In this document: in pieces, positions 12,901 through 25,000 of the stretch
Numbering within the stretch: the stretch's first letter is position 1
Layout: each line of letters opens with the position of its first letter
NCBI GenBank assembly: GCA_950097015.1
Contig: CATNEN010000029.1
Span: 6,386,001 to 6,450,000 of the forward strand
From: Macrostomum hystrix
Taxonomy: Eukaryota; Animalia; Platyhelminthes
Direction of reading: 5' to 3'
DNA length: 64,000 bases
Notes under the pieces: generated by a model
Databases searched by the model: none
What the model was told of the DNA's origin: nothing
What the model saw: only the letters and a program-made list of their open reading frames with translations
Made by a program: the position numbers and the translations under genes

Positions 12901-15737
12901 TCCATCCAATTGATATCTCCAACTCTAAAAAACGAAAGCGATTTGACACACGCCACACATTACTTTAAGTATCGAGCGGTATGAGAATATTAAAAATCAC
13001 TTTTTCTAGTCACAAAACGTGCGAAAGAAAGCTTTATAACTTACCACGAGGCTTTTCACTTTGAAAATCTTGGCCAGGTCCTGCTTTGCCTCAATCAGGT
13101 TCTCCCACGCGAGGAGGTCAGCCGATCTGCAATGTTATAAAGGTAAATAAGAAATCATAAAAATGACAATAATAAGTAAGATTTTTTTCTTCATACTCGT
13201 AATTGATTAAAACTTCTCCAAACGGGCCAGATGTGCAGCTAACAGCACAGCCGCAGCATTTTGCGTACGACTGTTCGGTCCATGGACTGGGGGGACGCCA
13301 CACAACACCCTCCATTACCCCAGTTAATGCTGGTACCCATTTAACAACTGGGTGAACTGAAGCTATGCAAAGTTAAGTTTCTTGCAAAAGGACACAAATT
13401 GTTTCAGTGGAGTCGGGAATCGAACCACTGACCTTCTAGTCGTGAGTCCGACGCTCTAACCACATGGCTAGAACCCTTTCAGTGTGCAAAATGAACGATT
13501 ATTTCATTTTCATCATGAAGCAATTAAGAAAACGTTACCACATAGAGTTTTCATTTAACCAAGTTATATGAGCATGACTTCCTAGACTCGAGGACCCAAC
13601 AAACATTTTGCAGCTCATGTTTTGCCACATCGGCTCAAAACTTACCCCTCCTCTTTCTTTTGGAGAATACTGAGCCATTGCACTTCGTCATCGTAGGCAA
13701 AGTCCACACCGAGATCTTTCAGCCGTTGGCGGAAGAATTCCTTGTCAACCTTGCCGGCTAGAGAGGGCACCTCGCTTGGATTGTTCAGAAAATGAAAGAA
13801 GCGCTGCGCCTGCGCCAGAATGCCTGAGATTTGCAGCTGCAAGTGTTGGGCCATTGATTTCAGCTGATTCTGTCCCTCACCGCAATCCCTCACCGCCACC
13901 TCTCACCGCTACCCCTCACCGCCACCCCTCACCGCCACCTCTCACCGCTACCCCTAACCACCACTTCTCACCGCTACCCCTAACCACCACTTCTCACCGC
14001 TACCCCTCACCGCCACCTCTCACCGCAATCCCTCACCGCCACCCCTCACCGCCACCTCTCACCGCTACCCCTAACCGCCACCTCTTACAGCTACCCCTCA
14101 CCACCACTTCTCACCGCTACCCCTCACCACCACTTCTCACCGCTACCCCTCACCGCCACTTCTCACCGCTACCCCTCACCACCACTTCTCACCGCTACTC
14201 CTCACCACCACTTCTCACCGCTACCCCTCACCGCCACCTCTCACCGCTACCCCTCACCACCACTTCTCACCGCTACCCCTCACCGCCACCTCTCACCGCT
14301 ACCCCTCACCACCACTTCTAACCGCTACCCCTCACCTCCACCTCTCACCGCTACCCCTCACCGCCACCTCTCACCGCTACCCCTCACCGACAACCCTCAC
14401 AGACATTCTTTTCACACCAATCAAAACTCACCAAAAGTTGTGGCCTGCCAAGAGCAGTCAGTTTGATGGCCGCCATGCCCTCCTTTCGCGTGCTATCAGA
14501 CACCGAATCGATGCACTTTAGAAAGATGTTCATGTGATTGTCGCACTGCCGCTCGCTCTCATAATAATAAGTTTTGGCCGAGATGACATTGCTGGCTCGA
14601 TTGGCGAACTCCAAGTGAGGCTGAAACTTTGGAACAGCCGCCGCCGCCAGCTTGCCATCGCGAGTTGTCACATTCTCGGCGAACACAACCTCGCTCTCCC
14701 TGTCGGAGGATGTGGGGAGTGGGGAGACAAGATGTTGTAGAGGCGTGAAACTGCCTCAATAGGCAGTGATTAAGGGAAGGCTGCAACTCACTCGACCTTC
14801 TCCTTGGCCTGCTCCTCAGACAGGTCCTGCTCAGCTGAGTAGTCCAGAATTGCCTTGACTCCGAAGGTGCGGTTGCGAAAAATCAACGGCTTGATGGCCT
14901 CGTGGTCCTCGCCGCCGACGAAATGACCGTAGAAGGTAAGCTTCATCAGCTTCTCAAACAGACGCTTACCGAGAAGCCGCTGAGAGAGCTGCATCACCTG
15001 GCGGACGGTGGTTCGAACGAGTTTTGTTGATAAGGCTGCGCAAGCTATTCATTAACTTCGCTGGTATTTTCTTGTTCGGGAAATCAATGATTGGAAAAAT
15101 AGAGTAAGCTACCTGAGGCCTTGTCATGATGGACTCAAACTCTTAACCTGCCCCCTTCGTGTGCTCAGATGTCCTTGCACAAGCTCGAAATTTCACAACG
15201 TCGAAAAGTCAATTATTTCACAAGGTCGGCCTTGGCCTTGACCTTGGAAATTTCGACCGTGTGAAAAAAGGTGCTTTGAAGAAAGTTTGTGAAACCCCCG
15301 TGTTTAGGGATCAGCCGGGATTGCATCCTCGCTGGCTTTTGGATCCACTGTCACCAAATGATGCGACAGTATGTACAGGCCTTTCCGATTGCTATTATAA
15401 ATATCATAACCTACGGAATTCCAAGTCCAACAGTTAGCCTCACCTGCTTGTTTCGGTTGACCAGAGCCTCGATGGAGCACAGGTTCAGCACCAGCAGAGC
15501 TCGCATCAGCTGGCCGGTGGTCTTGCTTCGAAAGGCCTCCTTGTAGTCGGAGAAGGTCAAGTCTAGCTTCGGATGGCTGTTCAACGGTGGCGTTGGCACC
15601 TGCGCCGGAGTTGAGCTGGCGGCCACAACGGTGGCGCTCTTCTCCGCGGCGGCCGATGTTGACACGGGCGATAATAGCAGCCGGTGACAGCGGGGCTGGG
15701 CCAGTAGCTTGGCCACGGCTTGCAAGTGAGGAGTCAT
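6931..15737 (-). CDS. PRODH: Mitochondrial proline dehydrogenase, 10 exons: 15444-15737, 14792-14997, 14432-14699, 13646-13836, 13045-13126, 10426-10518, 10179-10325, 8482-8762, 8156-8244, 6931-7103 (1824 nt, 607 aa)
   Basis: Hallmark motifs [95 protein letters not shown]. All introns are GT-AG with consistent phases. The N-terminus resembles a mitochondrial presequence. Confidence 0.96.
7250..8010. repeat. Minisatellite, 24-bp unit (gggagccaggtcgagagccacatc), in the last PRODH intron
   Basis: Tandem unit is visible. The length is a multiple of 3, so frames are open on both strands. Confidence 0.92.
9040..10130. repeat. Minisatellite, 28/30-bp unit (acgatgcctcactccagaaacggaaaac), in a PRODH intron
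   Basis: Tandem unit is visible, with distinct 30-bp variants clustered at each end. Confidence 0.95.
11745..11970. repeat. Minisatellite, 16-bp unit (gtgtctcatctctccc), about 14 copies
   Basis: Directly visible. Confidence 0.95.
12105..12685 (+). mobile_element. SINE family A copy, next to (TA)n, interrupted by an insert of about 200 bp
   Basis: Head GGGGGTCGGTGGCAGAGAGG and family body. The family tail (cagccctcctg) resumes at about 12660. Confidence 0.8.
12451..12657 (+). repeat. Dispersed repeat of unknown class, homologous in reverse to about 58400-58670
   Basis: ccattgcatagaattg..ccccgtgg..aaccaatgatgctcatt.gaagtcagagttt..ggcaatggcctttgacac aligns to the reverse complement of 58490-58660. 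Confidence 0.7.
13235..13478 (-). mobile_element. tRNA-derived CORE-type SINE, family B
   Basis: The reverse strand has a tRNA-like head (TAGCCATGTGG..GGTTCGATTCCC), then TGTGTCCTTTTGCAAGAAACTTAAC..GCTTCAGTTCACCCAGTTGTTAAATGGG, which resembles the MIR CORE domain. Confidence 0.75.
13875..14400. repeat. C-rich minisatellite built from ccctcaccg/ccacctctcaccgcta modules, in a PRODH intron
   Basis: Directly visible. Confidence 0.9.
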
Positions 15738-18540
15738 ACTACTGTGGACTGGGAAGCAGATGATGCGGTCAGGTAGTTTAGCACTGAATTAAAACACACA
15801 TTTATGTTAGCATCAGCCGAGTTAAACAGATGAAACCTGTGCATTCGTAACATCCGTATTAGAGTTTTTTGTTACTAGAGTGCAAAGTTGCCAAAATAAG
15901 CGAGTTTTACTTAGAACAAGAAGGAGTTTGATCAAATGAATTGCCAGTACACCCTGCAGCGGATATGTACGAGTAAAATACAGTTCAAGATGTTGTGAGC
16001 CATGATGTATCGATTCACTTACCAGATACACAGATACACGGCAGATAGGCTACTAGTTGATCGTCTTCAACGCAATGAAAACCCAAGAGGCCCAAGAGGA
16101 AATGAAGCAGGAGGCTACTAAATAAGAGAGCACGGATCAGTAAAAACTGACAGCGTGTCACTTTACGTACAGACAGCTAAGAGAAATAAGAAACGGGGTA
16201 TAATGACAGACGAATCGTAACGAAGCACCGAAACAGACGCACAGACTAAATGTACGACAGTACGAGTATTGCAAAAGCAGGAGAGCGAATGAAAAGCAAG
16301 CCCAACCCCCTTCCTACAACATGCTATGCGTAGGATCTGAGAGCTAATTCAAAACTTGAGTAGACATTTGCATGTGCCAAGTATGCATAGCAGTTCCATG
16401 GCCTGTCTTGAACGGTCTTTCCCCATGCAGACAGTCAGCCCGCAAGTCCATTTTTCCCAGTGGTTGAAACTCCCACGCAATCATTTGTGCCCGAGTTCTT
16501 CTTGCTGTGTTTGAGGGGCTGCTCTGGCCTTCTTTACAATCAATTCGAATGCAGTGTGCACCAAACCAGAGCCGTCATAAAAATGGTGAGCTTAGCAACA
16601 TGCCAGCTTGCCAGCCAGTGACTGGCCTCTTTAAAATAATTAATTAAGCTGACTTTATCTACTAATTACTTACCAGATGAATTTGAAAACTAAGTGCTTT
16701 GTGTCCGAAGTTTCGATGTAACAAAAACGTTTATAGACAAACGGCATGTTAAACTGATCTTACTAATTTCCTAGAAAATAGCAACGTAAGGAATAGAATA
16801 GAAGGAATAACAGGAAGTGCTTACTCTCACTGAGTTTTCAGTGTTTCACTCGTCCTCGACGTAAAAATTTCATCCGGCCCCGCCCTTCCATTTCATTGGC
16901 TGTTGGTTGCCATAGACAACGTTTTGCTATCGTCTCGACCCTTTCAAAAGGGAGAGTCCCGATCCAAGGCCGCATAAGAAATTAACTTAAACTAGAGACT
17001 TCTAAACTTAGCATCTGATCAGTTTTCTACAATCTGTCCGAGGAAATACAGAAGGAAAAGTGTCTATGGCATTCAACAGCCAATAAAATGGAACGGCGGA
17101 TATATAATATATTTTCCTTTATGTATGATTAGTATATACTTACTCGTATTTTTATTGCCTAGTTTTTCATCATATACAGCTAATTGGTGCCAACATTAGC
17201 TGCTCCCCAGTCCACGGACTGGACAGTGGTACACAGTTTTTTGAAGCGCAATAGCCGAGGCTGTGCCACTGGCTGTACATCAGGCCCAACTAGACAAGAT
17301 GAAACTTATATCCATCTATCTAGAAATATCAGAAAAACTACAATCGAAATGTTTGCCCATGCGTGGCAGATTGCACTATTGAATTTAGTGCGTATTCGCT
17401 ATCAGTATTATGACTGTCAGGCAGGCAGTTTTGGTTTAGTGACTGGGGGGGAGTGGCTTGGTGGGTGTGTGCACACCACACACAGCAGGCAGAATTCTCA
17501 TGCTAAACAGATAATCAAATGCATGGCATTTAACTTACATTTGTGTCTTTGGTCTGCAGCTTTCTGCCTGGTGTTAACGACTGTTTTTCGACAATTTTTC
17601 AACGCTTGTGAGGCCTGCTGCAGCGCTGAAACGCAGGGGTGTGCAGAGCTGCCAGTACAGTGCAGTTCCTCGGTCCTTCTATATATATAATGCTTTCACC
17701 CTGGGCGCTCCCTCTATCCCGCCGTCTACCGCTCCATCCACCCCAGACTTTGGGGCCAGGCTGAGGTGTGTCGCTGGGTAGAGATGAAGTTTTGCCCCGC
17801 TCCAGTCTCCCCTCATCTCGACATCAATTTGCAGCGTTGCATAGCGTGTGCAATAGAGCGCGTACCCCAGTGTACGCGACCAGTTTCCGAGTGCCTTAGC
17901 TCTCTCCAGTAAGAAGAACGGCCCAAGTTTCTCTACCTCAGTGTTGTGTCCTTCAAATACCTCTCTTTCCCTTTGATGAAAGAAATGGAGCCACCTCGGC
18001 CGCATGCTGATGTACACTGGGGGTGGGGCTAGCAATGGGCTCTGAGTTTCGTTGTACGCATGTGTGTCCTTTTAGACACACCCTCTTGACGCACCAAATA
18101 ATTTCTTGATCAAAATGGCTCATGAGGGAATAAAATTTTGCCAGGAAATCTTCTTTCCTGTACTTATTAAAAAGGCTCGGATTAGAAAGAATAAAAATGC
18201 GTTGTTGCAACTTAACATAGAAAACTTGGAAGAGCAACACAGTTTTCAACGAATCTACACTTGTGCATCTGAAGTACAGCACGTCGAACAGCACAGCTCA
18301 TTTGTCTTACTTTAAAATCTTGGCTTAAATAATCAGTTAAACCTTAATCAGGAATCCAGACACACGAACATTTTATTCAAACTGAGAGGGATGCAATGTT
18401 CTAACGAATGAAAAATGGCAAAGTTTCGGAAGTTTACACTCGCAAGTTTAAATGATAACTAAACAGTAGGACTGCCAGCATTGCTTGGGGCCCGTTTTTA
18501 ATACCAAGAGAGGCATAAGCTTGGCATTTTGAGCACCCAT

Positions 18541-18860
18541 GGGAGGTCAGTGGGAGAACAGTTAACGTGTTTGCCTCTCGCACCAGAGTCCCTGAGCTCG
18601 ATTCCGCGGCGAGGCCCATTCATTTTGGGCGCAGCCGCACGGAGAAGGCTTGTGGGCTTGTCGTGCAGAGTACACTGCCTGACGATGAGAAAGTCAGGGC
18701 AGATGTACGCATCTGTGAGAGTGTGGGCCTGAGTACAGGATGTGTGCGTGTGTGCTCAGGAGTAAGCAGATTGGGCAGAATTGCCTCCTCGATGGCTGCG
18801 GGTCTGGTGTCACCAAAGGATGTGCCACTGCCCGCAGCCCTCCTGCAATTATATAATTCC
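18541..18860 (+). mobile_element. SINE family A copy, followed by fragments of family B and an inverted family A head (to about 18995)
   Basis: Family A head and body. gtgggtgtggcgtccatggactgaacagctgt matches family B. Confidence 0.75.
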
Positions 18861-19502
18861 CCTGCTGTAAATTTGGTACCAGATTTTGCTGGGGTAGAGA
18901 ATTATGTGGGTGTGGCGTCCATGGACTGAACAGCTGTGAAAGTCACATTGCCTCGCAGAGGATTCGAGCTCAGGGATCTTGATGCGAGAAAAGGAGGCTA
19001 GCAAATCCGCCACAGTTTGAATAATTTACATTTTGAATAAAAATATTATTTACGCGAATACTATAGATTGGTACATTCTACCAAAAAATGTCCATTGGTT
19101 TTTATTTATTGCAGAGTGGAAAAGCTGGTCCATAGGATCTTTTCTTTCTTCAGCTAAAAATACATGCAAGCGCAATAATACCTACTTTTAGTAAGCAGAT
19201 TGTGCTTGCATTACCTGAAGAAAAAAGATTTAATATCCTGTACAATAGAGCTCTTTGTAAATTTTCTCTCACACACTTTCCCATTCATTTAAGCCTCGAA
19301 AATGGAAAGTCAAGTTGACATTCAGATTATTTGCCGTTGTTAGCAAAATAACATTGGTAATCGACATTTTTATTGTAATGCTACGAAAAATCTACCAAAG
19401 TAACCAAATGTATTCACTCGTACATTGTATTATTCAATAATTTCAACAGGCTTTGCTGCAAGCGTCTATCATCTTTGCAGTGTGTTTCTGTCAGGTAGTA
19501 TC

Positions 19503-20143
19503 TGTAGTGCCTGTGTTTCTCAGGTCGACTGCTCGCCAAGGCCGCTGTGTTTGAGGCCGGTTTGTTTGGCTCGGCCTTGGCCTCGCCCTTTCTCTCCCTC
19601 CTTCCCCGGCCCTGCTCAGGGTGTCCTGTGCCGCCATCTGATTGGCTGGGCGCGGGCATTGTCTGTCAACCCTTACCCCAGCCCTGCGTGGCTTTGCCCC
19701 CCCGCCAATCAGCTCTGCGTAGCTTTGCCCGTCCACCCGGCCAGCGTGTACAACCCCACCCCTCCCTGCGCGCTGGTGGCTTGACTCTGTGCACCCCCTC
19801 CCCTGTCTGACCCCCTTGCTGTCAATATCTGCCCGTGCCGGGGCGACCGCGCTCGCCCGGCGAACTTTAAGATTCCATCGGTGAAGACGGTCTCTTACTG
19901 CGAAGTCTTAAGTTATTTAATAATCGTACAAATAAACGAAATCGCAGTCTACTGCGTTCCTGTCTACTGTTATCCTGCGTTCCGACCGGTTAGCGCTGCA
20001 TTCGTGTCTTTCCTTTCGGAGTGCCAAGCCTGTACGGAGTACTGTATCTTACTTAGTACTGTACTGTGTGATTATAGTGATTATTCGTATTATACTTAAT
20101 AGTACTGTAGGCCGGGGATCCCAAACCGACCACTGTCACTACA
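19503..20143 (+). mobile_element. Solo LTR (641 bp), Ty3/gypsy-like
   Basis: Termini TGTAGTG...CACTACA form a 7-bp inverted repeat with TG..CA. A 4-bp TATC duplication flanks it (19499-19502, 20144-20147). There is an internal AATAAA near 19931. Confidence 0.8.
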
Positions 20144-20579
20144 TATCATTAGTTGCTTTTCGTACTTTTCGTACTCGCTTCAAGGAAACAAACAACTAAC
20201 CTTAATAGCGCAGATGATGGAGTTAATAATGCTCTTTGATTTCGAAAATTCCGCCTAGAAAACAGCGGCTTATATACAGACAACATTAGCTCGACTGCTC
20301 TTAAAACTCGCTATGCACTTAATGCTGATTACGAGTTTAAAGGCTTCATCATAACCTCATGCATGTGCAACCCGGAATCCTCAGAATCAGACAAAGTAAT
20401 CCATCAGCTAGGATTAGAGGAATCGAGAGATTAGGAGGATTAAGACTATAAAGGGCTTGTGATGGATTTGCAAAAAATTAAATGAGAAATTAGACGCATT
20501 TTTAATCCTCATCGACAGCTGCAAGATTAATGAATAAATCAATCAAATAATCAAAGGCTGCCGAATTCCATTAAGCGAA

Positions 20580-20692
20580 TCAGTTAGCAATGTCGCCAGT
20601 CCTGCCCCCGACTGTCGGCAAAGTGAAGGTGCTCATAGCGGTGACAATGTCGTCCCCCCGAGCTGGGCCCATTGCGGCACCAGCTGTTTCAT
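20580..20692 (-). pseudogene. Possible degenerate relic of the terminal exon of the GABA-B-like receptor family
   Basis: Reads ..GPARGDDIVTAMSTFTLPTVGGRTGDIAN*, compared with exon 13 ..GPAKVDDITNVMNTFTMPG... The 5' part is frameshifted and the acceptor is tgcaa instead of tgcag. Confidence 0.55.
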
Positions 20693-21351
20693 TTGCACCA
20701 ATGAATTTCCAATGGAGCTGTTTAGTGCATGACTTTCACTTATCAGACTCATCGTCAGCGATCCAGTGTAACAAGACCAATGAATAGATTGTGATTCGCG
20801 GCTCTCAGAAGCAGATCATGGTCGGAGCATATGAAGCCTTTAACCGAGCGTTCTTTAACTGACAAGACAAAAAATACGCTGTCGCTTTGGACTCCGATTG
20901 CAAATTTGTTAGAAGGAACGCGAGGCTAATGATGCGGAACGGTAATAATGATGAGCTGACGTAATGAGATCTACCTGCATGCATGCCATGCACAGTTAAC
21001 CTGATCGATCTTCGCATGATTTTTTTGTCTTTGACGTGAGAACTAAAGAGTCAGCGTTGAAGCAATTTTTAGGGCACTGTGACGGAGACCTAATTTCTGT
21101 GGAATTTTCATTCCAGATCAAATATCTTAATTCGAACAAGTATAGACTTTCATCTGATGTCATGCGATCAACTGTTGTCTCTTGTCAACTGTGTGGATAT
21201 GCCAAGTTTAACTTCAACTGAATACGGAGTCAAATTCCCTCAGAAAATAAGCCCTTCTAAACTTAAAATATTTGGTCAATCAGTTTGATGGAGAAATCAA
21301 TCAGTTTGCGACTCTAGAATCTACGAATCGACATTTAGATATGTCTGTACC

Positions 21352-21675
21352 ATTATGGATTTGGGGGCGCCATTATGGATTTGGGGGCGCCATTATGGAT
21401 TTGGGGGCGCCATTATGGATTTGGGGGCGCCATTATGGATTAGGGGGCGCCATTATGGATTTGGGGGCGCCATTATGGATTTGGGGGCGCCATTATGGAT
21501 TTGGGGGCGCCATTATGGATTTGGGGGCGCCATTATGGATTTGGGGGCGCCATTATGGATTTGGGGGCGCCATTATGGATTTGGGGGCGCCATTATGGGT
21601 TTTGGGGCGCCATTATGGATTTGAGGGGCGCCATTATGGATTTGGGGGCACCATTATGGATTTGGGGGCACCATT
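21352..21675. repeat. Minisatellite, 21-bp unit (ggcgccattatggatttgggg), about 15 copies
   Basis: Directly visible. Confidence 0.95.
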
Positions 21676-22043
21676 ATCAATTAGAGCAGAAAAATGAAGA
21701 AAAGTGGTTAAATGATTAAATTTATCGACTAATAAAGCTAGGCAATCTAGAAAGCCAGGATAGTGTAAATTTTCACTGTCTATTTGCGTGTTATAAATTT
21801 TGTGATAATAACAAAGTTACGGCGGAACTCTAGCAGAGGCGAAAATAAACGAGTGCTAGTGCAAAAATCGAGAAAACTTTTACTGTCACTTACTTTTAAT
21901 GTTGCTTTGCAAAAGTTAGTCTTTTTTAGATCACCACCTGGATCACACCATCTGTCTGTAATATACAGAGTCCTAAACTACTGCATCATAAAAATCTAAA
22001 GTTCGTGCAGTTCAATAGTCTCTGCACTATTAGAGTAAAACCC

Positions 22044-25000
22044 TTAGCCACTGGTCTGCTCAACATTAGCCGTGGCTCCCGGCATTGTGAAGGTGTTCAT
22101 GACATTCGTGATATCATCAACCTTGGCGGGTCCGTGCTGAGCCAACAGAATCATCTGCAATTTAATCGTATCAAAAATTGGTGTTATTGGTAGTTAAACA
22201 AAAAACTATCGTAAATGCCGTGCATTTTTATTAATAAAGAAAGTTTCTTTCGACGGGCTGTCTCGCACTGGATTATAATTTCGAAGAAAAGTCGACTAGC
22301 GAGCCAACGAGGACGCATTCTACTTAATCTGAATGTCGGAATGTCTGTCTCTAAATTATATTTACCCGATTAATGGACTGCTGCAGTGTTATTTTTTGTG
22401 CTTCTATTGCGCGTGCAACCTCAAGCACCCACCCCACCGTTGCTGTCTTTGTTTATTCCGACCGGTTGTTCTGTTGTTGTTGTTTATTCCGGCCGGTTGT
22501 TCTGCTTGTTGTCGTTTATTCCGGCCGGCTGTTCTGCTTGTTGTCGTTTATTCCGGCCGGCTGTTCTGCTTGTTGTCGTTTATTCTGGCCGGTTGTTCTG
22601 CTTGTTGTCGTTTATTCCGGCCGGCTGTTCTGCTTGTTGTCGTTTATTCCGGCCGGCTGTTCTGCTTGTTGTCGTTTATTCTGGCCGGTTGTTCTGCTTG
22701 TTGTTGTTTATTCCGGCCGGTTGTTCTGTTGTTGGTGTTTATTCCGGCCGGTTGTTCTGCTTGTTGTTGTTTATTCCGGCCGGTTGTTCTGCTTGTTGTT
22801 GTTTATTCCGGCCGGTTGTTCTGTTGTTGTCGTTTATTCCGGCCGGTTGTTCTGCTTGTTGTTGTTTATTCCGGCCGGTTGTTCTACAGTTGTTGTTTAT
22901 TCCGGCCGGTTGTTCTGCTTGTTGTTGTTTATTCCGGCCGGTTGTTCTGCTTGTTGTTGTTTATTCCGGCCGGTTGTTCTGCCGTTCTTGTTCATTCCCA
23001 CCCCCACTGTCGGACAGGGGGTCGACTATCTTTCTCTCTCCCTTGATAACCATGAACGATTGTGAAGGCATAAGCTAACCATGTGTGCACCCGTGCTGAA
23101 GAGCAGCTGACAAGAATATGTAAATGTGAGCTAACAGGTTCACGCTTTACAAGTTCTAACTACTACTCGTCTAAGTCTCATGAACCTATCATTCACACCA
23201 AATATTCCGGTCATATAAACACGAACTGCTCCACGCGTCTCTCCGTGAGGGGTCACAAATGAATGAACTCAGTGACGTTGGTTTACGATTTGCTTTCGCT
23301 CGGCAACTCATAACACCAATGTGTGAGATTGTAATTAATAGATCTAGCCGAGGTACAATATGAATGGTTACTATTTAATACCTAAAAATCGCTTCGATTG
23401 GTAGTGTTGGGTGTTGGAAGAGCTAGCTAGTAAAATGTGTCAGCAAATGTATCACTGAATAAGAAGAGCGCGATACCTTGCTGCCGAACACGAGCAGCAG
23501 GGTGGTGGTGGAGCAGACGACGATGCAGACGACCACCAGCACGAAGCGCAGCGTGACCTGGCTGTTGGGCAGCACGAAACTGAGCGAGACTCCGATCGCG
23601 GCCATGATGAGCGTGTTGTACACACAGATGCCAATCTGCTTGCTGTCGTTCAGCGCCTCCAGCTGGACCTTGCGCGTCTCCCAGGCGAAGAAGATCCCGA
23701 AGATTAGAATAAAGCCTGTGTCGTGAGGAGCGGAATAGAATGTTCTAACAGACATGTCCTTGTCAGTGAAAACTTGGTCAATATGCGTTATTGGGGCACC
23801 TAGTGTAAGTGCTGAACAGGAAAACTATATTGCTTTCTGTGCTTTGTGATGGCCGTTCGCTGATAGTCGTGAAAGAAACGACTTATTGTTTTTTAAAAAA
23901 ATGTTATAAATTTCGGTCGGCGAAGACACTCCGGAAAATGTTCACAAAACGCCAGAACGTTTCTCTGAATAAAAAAATACTACAGATTATTGTGTTCATT
24001 TTTCTGATGGTTCCAAAGCACTTGAATATCAAAGAATGTTTCAGGTAAACCTTTGATTCCCAGCAAGATTCCGTTCCACATGGCTGACATGGTCGATTGA
24101 CAGATCTCAAGACGCGGCTTGCTGATGGTGCCAAGCATTGGGTTCTCCTAAAATAATGCGTGGTTCAGTGCTATAAAGTTAAGGCAAGCTACTCGCTGAG
24201 ATTAAACTGGGCTAGGATAGAATAGAGCTGGTATGTTACCGCACCTCAATGGGAAACATGATGAGCTGAAGCTGTATAGGATCTAAGACGGACCACAGGA
24301 TCAGAACCAAAGCGTCCAGTAGCAACAGCAGGCCTACCACAGTCAGCAGATGCCAGTCTTTGATGGCCTGCAATAGGGGGGCGAGTGGGTCAGCGGCTAG
24401 CGTTGCTGCCTCGCACTCCAATGGACGCTAGTTCGATTCTCCCTTCAAGTCACGATTAATTTCGGGACTTGTTGGAGGTTTTGGACAGTAGCGACCGGCG
24501 GAGGTGCACTTCGTGCAATCAAAGCTTGAAATAAAAGCTTCGCTCCTACCTTTCTGTGTGCCTGTTCTGCGTTGTGTGAGTTGTGTGCGTTGGCGCTGGG
24601 GCGTGAGGCCTTGCGGGGTGGTGGCTGGGGGGGGTGTACATCGCCGCGCGCTTTCTGGACTTTCGTCAGCGCGATTGGATGGTGACACTCATCACCCGGC
24701 CCCTCCCCTGAGGACTTATTTCATACCCCGGCTTGGTCTGCTCTGTGCGTGTGGGGCTGGGGTGGGGGCACTGCTGCCTATTCTGGGTGCCTCCTGCCCT
24801 CCCCGGCTGGTCTGTGCTGCTGTGTGTGGTGCCTGCTCAGGGGAGGCGGCGCGATGGGCGCAAAGCGCCTAGGTTCGCAGGTCTGGGGGCGTGCCGCTCC
24901 GTCGCTTGTGCGACAAGTGCCCCGGGCCCCCCTGCAAAAAGATAGATGGCCTGCAATGATTTTCGATTTCTAAAGGGGTAATAGAGTTTGATACGCTAAA

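Noticed and set aside
13235-13478. tRNA gene candidates at SINE heads (also 32.5, 49.6, 50.7 kb and the family A and C heads)
   Set aside because: A and B boxes are present, but there is no complete acceptor stem or cloverleaf, and each continues into a shared SINE body.
20805-21017. Minus ORF with IISLAFLLTNLQ, faintly like receptor exon 12
   Set aside because: Similarity is too weak to support by eye and would need TBLASTN.
21272-23078. ORFs over the 21-bp and 32-bp arrays; possible CRISPR-like arrays
   Set aside because: Head-to-tail tandem repeats without unique spacers, a eukaryotic context and no cas genes.
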